NCBI GenBank assembly: GCA_965223855.1
Contig: CBDCXM010000008.1
Span: forward strand, 160,001 to 224,000
Reading direction: 5' to 3'
From: Candidatus Multivoradales bacterium
GTDB taxonomy: Bacteria; Acidobacteriota; Thermoanaerobaculia; Multivoradales; JAHEKO01
Length of the DNA: 64,000 bases
A program made the translations under genes and the position numbers. Below the pieces are notes generated by a model that worked only from the letters and a program-made list of their open reading frames with translations, had not been told where the DNA came from and did not search any database. This document shows positions 57,872 through 64,000 of this stretch, piece by piece; position 1 is the stretch's first letter; the number at the start of each line of letters is the position of its first letter.

Positions 57872-59260
57872 GTGAGCCGGATCGACCGCAGCCGCCGTCC
57901 CGACCCCGGCCCTCGCCAGCCGTTCCGCTTTCCCGACTTCGAGCATCGCGCGCTCGCCTCCGGCATCGACGTCTTCGTCGCCACCGACCGACGCTTCCCG
58001 TTGGCGGAGATCGGGATCGTCCTCTCCGGCGGTGCCGATCGGGACCCCTTGACCTTGCGTGGGCTCACGTCGCTGGGCTCTGCACTCCTCGACGAAGGGA
58101 CGGAGGAGCTCGACGCTCACAAGATTGCAGCCTTCGCCGAACGCCGCGGCGCCGAGCTCGCAACGTCGAGCGATTGGGACGCCATCTATGTCCGCATGGG
58201 CGGACCGACCCGGCACTGGAAGGAGCTTTTCGGCCTCGCCACCGCCGTCCTCGCCCGACCGACACTGCCCGAGCACGAACTCGACCGGCTGCGCGCGATG
58301 CGGCTCGCCGACCTGGCCAGCCGCTCCGTACGGCCGGCGTTCCTCGCCGCACAGCACGCTCTCGGCACGGTGTTCGGCAGCACTCACCCCTACGGCGAGA
58401 CGACTCTCGGCACTCCAACCTCGATCGAAGCTCTCGAGCGCCAGGCCGTCGAAGCGTGGCACCGCGAGCGAATCGCGACCGGAAGCCTCGCCGTCGTCGC
58501 GGTCGGAGATCTCGATCCTGACGAGCTCGTCTCAGCGATCGAGCACCGGTTGCTCCCCGACCTTCCGACGACGAGGTCTCCGGTTCGCCAGCCCGACGCT
58601 CCAGCCCTGCCCGACCCGGGCCCGCTCCAGGTGCGCATCATCGACCGCCCCGCCGGCGCTCAGACCGAGCTCCGCCTCATGAGCCCCGGCCTCTCCCGGT
58701 CCTCCCCCCTCGAACTGGACGCGCGGCTCTTCTCGCTGACGCTCGGGGGCAAGTTCACGAGCCGCCTCAATCTCAACCTTCGCGAGCAGCGCGGCGTCAC
58801 CTATGGGGTTTCCAGCCGGCTCGCACGCCGCCGCGGAGACGGTCCCTTCACGGTCGGCTGCGCGGTCGATACCGAAGCGGTCGGCATCGCGGTCGAAGAG
58901 ATCCTGAAAGAGATGAGCGAGCTTGCCGATTCGGGACCGACCGCCACCGAGGTCGAGGACGGCCGCAACTACCTCCTCGGCACCTTCCCCTACAAGCTCC
59001 AGACTCTCGAAGGCGTGGCAGGCCATCTCGAAGAGATCGCCCTGCACGAGCTGCCCCACGACACCTGGCAGTCCTTCCCCGAGCGGCTGCAAGCCTGCTG
59101 TGTGACCTCGGTGCGCAACGCCGCTCGGCACCTCCTCGAGGCGGCACCCCGAGCGATCGTCGCGGTCGGCCCGGCCAACGCCCTGACACCGCAGCTCGAA
59201 CGGTTCGGACAGCTGGAAATCGTCCCGGCCTTCCGGCCCGAGGAGCCCGCTGGCGGTTGA
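57872..59260 (+). CDS. M16 peptidase, non-catalytic subunit
   Basis: LLDEGT, HPYG, LGGKFTSRLNLNLREQRGVTY; lacks HXXEH. Confidence 0.9.
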   Translation: MSRIDRSRRPDPGPRQPFRFPDFEHRALASGIDVFVATDRRFPLAEIGIVLSGGADRDPLTLRGLTSLGSALLDEGTEELDAHKIAAFAERRGAELATSSDWDAIYVRMGGPTRHWKELFGLATAVLARPTLPEHELDRLRAMRLADLASRSVRPAFLAAQHALGTVFGSTHPYGETTLGTPTSIEALERQAVEAWHRERIATGSLAVVAVGDLDPDELVSAIEHRLLPDLPTTRSPVRQPDAPALPDPGPLQVRIIDRPAGAQTELRLMSPGLSRSSPLELDARLFSLTLGGKFTSRLNLNLREQRGVTYGVSSRLARRRGDGPFTVGCAVDTEAVGIAVEEILKEMSELADSGPTATEVEDGRNYLLGTFPYKLQTLEGVAGHLEEIALHELPHDTWQSFPERLQACCVTSVRNAARHLLEAAPRAIVAVGPANALTPQLERFGQLEIVPAFRPEEPAGG

Positions 59261-59347
59261 CTTCTCTCGCCCCCGGAGCCGGTTTCGAGCTGCTATAGTT
59301 CGCCTCCCCCGCGTCCCCAAGAAAGGCAACTCCAAGGAGCCGCCCGT

Positions 59348-61432
59348 ATGCAAGTCGAGAGCCCCGAAAAGATCCGAAACCTGGCCATCGCCGGTCACAG
59401 TGGCACCGGGAAGACGACGCTCGCGAGCGCCCTGCTCTACACGTCTGGCGTCGCCAACCGCCTCAACAAGACCGAGGACGGAGCCACCACGACCGACTTC
59501 GACCAGGAGGAGATCAACCGCGGAATCTCGATCGGTGTCGCCCCCTGCTCCGTTCCCTGGAAACAGCACAAGCTCAATCTCCTCGACTGCCCCGGCTACG
59601 GGATGTTCTTCACCGACACCCAGGCGGCGATGCGGGCGACCGACGGGCTGTTGCTCTGTGTCGACGGAGCCTCCGGCGTCGAGGTCGTCACCGAGAAGGC
59701 ATGGCGTTTCGCCGAAGAGCTCGGTCAGCCGGTCTTCATCAACCTCACGAAGATGGATCGCGAGCGCGCCACGCTGGCGTCCGCGCTCGAGAGCCTTCGC
59801 GCCCGCTTCGGCCGTGAGGTGATGCCTGTGCAGCTCCCGCTCGGCGAGGAGCACGACTTCGGGGGCATGGTCGATCTGCTGAGCGGCAAGGCGTACCTCT
59901 ACGACCGCGACGGCAGCGGCAAGGCTTCGCCGACCGACGTTCCGGACGACATGGCGGAGGAGGTCGAGCGGCGCCGCAACAACCTGATCGAAATGGTGGC
60001 GGAGTCGAGCGAGGCGCTACTCGAGAAGTTCTTCGAGGAAGGGACGCTGTCGAAGGAGGACCTCACCGAAGGGCTGAGGCGAGCGGTACGGCGGCGGCGG
60101 CTGTTTCCGGTCACCGTGAGCTCGCTGGCACACGGTATCGGCAACTCGCTGCTCCTGGACAGTCTCGTGGACGTCATGCCCCACCCGCTGGAGCGAGGTC
60201 CCTTCCCGGCGACCAACATCGGCGGCGAAGCGCTCGAGGTGGACCCGGATCCGGACGCCGACATGACGGCGCTGGTCTTCAAGACCATCTCCGACCCGTT
60301 CGCCGGCAAGATCACCCTGATGCGCGTCGTCTCGGGCGAGGTTCCCGGCGATGCGACGGTCTGGAACACCCGCGCGGAGCAGAGCGAGAAGCTCGGCGGC
60401 GTCCATGTCGTGCAGGGCAAGTCGGGCAGCTCGATTCCGAAGCTCGTCACCGGCGACATCGGCGGCGTTGCCAAACTCAAGCATGCCCAGACCGGAGACA
60501 CCCTCTGCTCCAAGAACCGGCCGATCCATCTGGGCTGGATCGAGGTTGCCGAGCCGGCCATCTCTTTCGCCGTCGAGCCGAAGTCGAAGGGCGATGAGGA
60601 GAAGATCGGCGACTCACTCCATCGGCTTCAGGAAGAAGACCTCGCCCTCAAGGCGGGCCGCGACGCCGAGACCGGGGAGTTCCTCGTCTCGGGCCAGGGA
60701 CAGCTCCACGTCGAGATCACCGTCGCGAAGCTCCACAACCGCTTCAACGTCGACGTGATTCTCCATCCGCCACGGGTCCCCTACCGCGAGACGATCCGCA
60801 AGCCGGCGGACGGCCACGGCCGTCACAAGAAGCAGAGCGGCGGCCGGGGTCAGTTCGCCGACTGCAAGATCACCATCGAGCCGCTCGAGCGCGGTGCCGA
60901 GTTCGAGTTCGTCGACGAGATCTTCGGCGGCTCCATTCCTCAGGGCTATCGACCCGCCGTCGAAAAGGGAATCCAGGAAGCGCGAGCGCGCGGCTACCTG
61001 GCCGGCTACCCGATGGTCGACTTCCGCGTCCGCCTCAGGGACGGCCAGTACCACGACGTCGATTCCTCGGAGATGGCGTTCAAGATCGCCGGCTCGCTCG
61101 CCTACAAGGACGCGATGTCCAAGGCGGCGCCGACGATCATGGAGCCGATGATGAAGGTCGAGGTCCACGTCGAGGAGGAGTTCACCGGCGACGTGATGAG
61201 CGACCTGTCCCAGCGCCGGGGCCGCCCGGAGGGGATGGACTCCGAGAACGGTGCGCAGGTGATCTCCGCCGTCGTGCCGATGGCCGAGATGCTCAACTAC
61301 GCGCCGAGCCTCAACTCCATGACCCAGGGCAAGGGGAGCTTCCACATGGAGTACTCCCACTACGAGGAGATGCCGGTCAACGTCGCCGAGAAGGTGATCC
61401 AGGAGTCCAAGAAAGCGGAAGACGAGGGCTGA
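59348..61432 (+). CDS. fusA: Elongation factor G paralogue (EF-G II type)
   Basis: GHSGTGKTT, RGISI, DCPG, TKMD, G.LHVEI, KKQSGGRGQF, YHDVDSSEMAFKIA; outside the str operon. Confidence 0.9.
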   Translation: MQVESPEKIRNLAIAGHSGTGKTTLASALLYTSGVANRLNKTEDGATTTDFDQEEINRGISIGVAPCSVPWKQHKLNLLDCPGYGMFFTDTQAAMRATDGLLLCVDGASGVEVVTEKAWRFAEELGQPVFINLTKMDRERATLASALESLRARFGREVMPVQLPLGEEHDFGGMVDLLSGKAYLYDRDGSGKASPTDVPDDMAEEVERRRNNLIEMVAESSEALLEKFFEEGTLSKEDLTEGLRRAVRRRRLFPVTVSSLAHGIGNSLLLDSLVDVMPHPLERGPFPATNIGGEALEVDPDPDADMTALVFKTISDPFAGKITLMRVVSGEVPGDATVWNTRAEQSEKLGGVHVVQGKSGSSIPKLVTGDIGGVAKLKHAQTGDTLCSKNRPIHLGWIEVAEPAISFAVEPKSKGDEEKIGDSLHRLQEEDLALKAGRDAETGEFLVSGQGQLHVEITVAKLHNRFNVDVILHPPRVPYRETIRKPADGHGRHKKQSGGRGQFADCKITIEPLERGAEFEFVDEIFGGSIPQGYRPAVEKGIQEARARGYLAGYPMVDFRVRLRDGQYHDVDSSEMAFKIAGSLAYKDAMSKAAPTIMEPMMKVEVHVEEEFTGDVMSDLSQRRGRPEGMDSENGAQVISAVVPMAEMLNYAPSLNSMTQGKGSFHMEYSHYEEMPVNVAEKVIQESKKAEDEG

Positions 61433-61760
61433 TCCGGAAGATTCCTGATCTGGCCACTCGAGTGATTGAGCGCCTGGCTCCGGCCTGACAGGCGGCACCA
61501 GCGGGTCGCACCGATCCGACCGGCCACGCGAGGGGCGAAAGAACTCCAGGTAGGGCCGGCTCTTTCCGGACCGCTGCGCCGGGAGCCCGACCCTCTCCAG
61601 CCAAGCCGACGCTACCCGCCGGCCGCACCGAGTACACCCGCTCAGCTGCGCATCACTTCCGGTTGAGGCTGGTCCTGCCGCGCCTGCCGGCTTGCCCGGC
61701 TAGCCGGAAGCACAAGTCCTCGCCGGCCCGACCGGAGAGCAGCTCAAGATCGGGCAGGCT

Positions 61761-63347
61761 CTACCTGAGCGCCGCCTCGGTACGGATGACGTTGGCCAGC
61801 GGCAGCTTCTCGTCGGCTCCCGACCAGAGGTCGCGCAGCTCGCCGTAGCTGCGCCCGGCCGCATCCCAGTCTTCGAGCGCCCGCGCGGCCCTGCCTGCGC
61901 CGAGAAGGCTCAACGCCCTTCCGGGGGTGCGAGCCAGCTGGCGGGAGAAGGCGTCGGCCGCCTCCGCGTTCCGGCCGAGGGTGAGCAGCACCTCGCCGAG
62001 CAGCTCGAGGGACGGCTTCATGATCGTCGGCGGGCCGAACATGTAGGGGCGCGCCGTTTCGAGCTCGACCGCTTCGGCGAGCTTCGCCACCGCTGCCTCG
62101 GGATCGCTGTCGACGGCGAGCAGCGCTTCGAGCTCCAACGCGAGGATCTGCGCCTGGTCCTCGAAATCGTCGCGCCGCGCCCCCTCGCCGTTCTCGACCG
62201 CGCGCAGCATTCCGAGGGCCTGGCGCACCGCGTCGTCCTCTCCCTGATAGTAGGCCGCAAGCCCGCGGGCGAAGACGTAGTTGTGATGCCCGCCGACGGT
62301 CCGGTCGAGATCCTCCGGCCAGTCGTCCTCCGCCTCCCAGTCCTCGAGATCGATCGCCTGGCGCGCCCACATCGCCGCGTAGTGCCACTGCACCCCCTCG
62401 TCGGTCGTCATGTCGACACTGCCCCGACAGGCGTCCATGACCTGCTGCGCCTCGGCCGCCCGGCCGAGCTGCAGGTAGCCGTAGAGCAGCCAGTAGGGGT
62501 AGTGGCCGCACAGGCGCGGTGGGCGGTCCTTCTTCTCGAAGCCCGCGTTCTGGACGTCGCGGGCCACGATGTTGGCATCGATCACGTCCTGCCACCTGCC
62601 GAGGGCGACGAAGATGTGCGACGTCATGTGCTGGGCGTGCGCAGCGGCCGGGGCGATTTCGGCGTAGGTCTCCGCCATCGGCACCCCGAGCGGGGCGTGC
62701 ACCGGGTCGTCGAACGAGTGGATCAGGTAGTGGGCGGCGCCGGGATGCTGGTCGTTGGCGTTCCAGACGTCGAAAGCGATCGCTGCGGCTCGCATGTATG
62801 TGGCGAAGTCGCGCCCTTCGTGCGCCGAACCCAGAACGGCCAGCGCCTCGAACGCGCGAGCCTCGTGGTCGTCCGGGTAGTCGGCCGCCAGCCGGCTCAT
62901 CGCCGCCAGATAGAGGTCGTCCCGGGTCGCCTTGTCGGCATCGGCGCTCTTCGGGTCGAGACCGAAGAGAATCTCGACCGCCTCGACGTAGCGCCCCTCG
63001 CGCTCCGTGGTCGTGCGTTCCCGTCGCTCGCGAGGAGTTGCCCCCAGCGCTTCGAGCACGGCGCGTCCCGCTTGAGTCTCCTGCTCCATCCAGATCGGAT
63101 GGTTGTGGGTCATCGCCTCGCCCCAGTAGGCGAGGACGAAGTCCCCGTCGGTCTCACGCGCACGGCGGAAGGCGTCGCGGGCGTCCTCGTACTCGAAGTT
63201 GTGAAGGTAGAGGACCCCCTCCAGGAAGTCCGCCTGCGCGGCCTCGGAGCCGCTGTTGGGGAAGTCGATCCTGCCCAGCAGTTCGGCGTTGACGGCTGCC
63301 GGCAGGAGAAGAGTCAGCGCCAGCGCTCGGGCGCAGGTTCGGAGCAT
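61761..63347 (-). CDS. Exported TPR-repeat protein
   Basis: Signal peptide; AQADFLEGV.YLHNFEY..A, HPGAAHYLIHSFD, HAQHMTSHIFVALG.W. Confidence 0.85.
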   Translation of the reverse strand: MLRTCARALALTLLLPAAVNAELLGRIDFPNSGSEAAQADFLEGVLYLHNFEYEDARDAFRRARETDGDFVLAYWGEAMTHNHPIWMEQETQAGRAVLEALGATPRERRERTTTEREGRYVEAVEILFGLDPKSADADKATRDDLYLAAMSRLAADYPDDHEARAFEALAVLGSAHEGRDFATYMRAAAIAFDVWNANDQHPGAAHYLIHSFDDPVHAPLGVPMAETYAEIAPAAAHAQHMTSHIFVALGRWQDVIDANIVARDVQNAGFEKKDRPPRLCGHYPYWLLYGYLQLGRAAEAQQVMDACRGSVDMTTDEGVQWHYAAMWARQAIDLEDWEAEDDWPEDLDRTVGGHHNYVFARGLAAYYQGEDDAVRQALGMLRAVENGEGARRDDFEDQAQILALELEALLAVDSDPEAAVAKLAEAVELETARPYMFGPPTIMKPSLELLGEVLLTLGRNAEAADAFSRQLARTPGRALSLLGAGRAARALEDWDAAGRSYGELRDLWSGADEKLPLANVIRTEAALR

Positions 63348-63458
63348 TTCGTGGCCTCGCTTTCCAGGTACCAGGACCGCATTGTACCCGTGCCCTGCGC
63401 AGACAGGGGATCCTCGCCCCCGCGCTGTCTGGAAGCCCGGGTCGGCCTCAGGGGGTCT

Positions 63459-64000
63459 TCACGGAACGGTCGCCGACCATGCCGAGGTGTCCCCGCTCTC
63501 GAAGCCGTCGCAGAACAGCGGCTCGATGCGCCGGTACACCCACGAGGTGCCTCCCGGCGGCGGGAGGAAGAACTGCGCCGGCTGCGAGATCACAATCCGC
63601 TCGGCGTCCATCGCGATCGGGCGGCCGAAGCCGTCGAAGGCGTGCGGCGAGGGGGCGCTGATCTTCTGCAGCTCCTGCCACCCGGCACCGTCGAAGCCGT
63701 ACTCGTAGACCACTCCGCGCCCCGGCTCGCCGGGGAAGTCCGACTCCGCGGCGACGAAGGCGCGGTCGCCGCGAAGCGCCACCGATTCCCCGAAGTAGCC
63801 GTCCTCCTGGCCGTCGGAGGCGGTCAGGCGCTGCTCCTCCACCCAGTCGGCGCCTTCTCGTCGAAACACATAGGCGGCGCCCTGACGGACGTTGCCGTCG
63901 ATGATCTTCTGCTGGGCGCCGATCAGGGCGCTGTCTCCGTCCAGGGAAACCGACCAGCCGAAGCGATCCGGATCAGAACCATCGGACGCCAGGAGTGTAT
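63459..64000 (-). CDS. FG-GAP repeat protein (5' end outside window) with C-terminal FxDGFESGD motif
   Basis: LLASDGSDPDRFGWSVSLDGD.ALIGA, LTASDGQEDGYFGESVAL, FGRPIAM; ends LFCDGFESGDTSAWSATVP. Confidence 0.85.
   Translation of the reverse strand, partial: TLLASDGSDPDRFGWSVSLDGDSALIGAQQKIIDGNVRQGAAYVFRREGADWVEEQRLTASDGQEDGYFGESVALRGDRAFVAAESDFPGEPGRGVVYEYGFDGAGWQELQKISAPSPHAFDGFGRPIAMDAERIVISQPAQFFLPPPGGTSWVYRRIEPLFCDGFESGDTSAWSATVP

Noticed and set aside
59257-59299. TTGACT...TATAGT as a -35/-10 pair for fusA
   Set aside because: Spacing is about 31 bp; only an extended -10 (TGcTATAGT) is plausible.

Overview
GC-rich bacterial chromosomal window, most likely Acidobacteriota/Thermoanaerobaculia (inferred from an acidobacterial-type VWA protein and a C-terminal FxDGFESGD motif). 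It is mostly housekeeping and envelope genes: selA, prfB (programmed +1 frameshift), lnt, nfeD/SPFH, a MacAB-type ABC exporter, fadD/fadJ, a long GreA, a tRNA nucleotidyltransferase, pilT, lexA, an M16 peptidase pair, an EF-G paralogue and tRNA-Pro(CGG). Five things stand out. (1) A 181-bp hairpin element occurs twice (3717-3897, 18069-18249); its core is about 95% identical while its outer arms diverge almost entirely by compensatory base-pair changes, and the second copy is nested inside another inverted-repeat element. (2) An AT-richer islet carries an AbiEii toxin and AbiEi antitoxin that are convergent and overlapping, three GGTATA(T/C)ATACC palindromes and a divergent single-TM ORFan. 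(3) A RAYT-like HUH transposase lies directly downstream of lexA, bracketed by GGTGCCAGGTGA motifs. (4) Several genes look leaderless. (5) There are unusual protein architectures: PilT with a coiled-coil tail, a loop-less tRNA nucleotidyltransferase and a frameshifted amidase. All calls come from manual motif reading; no searches were run.
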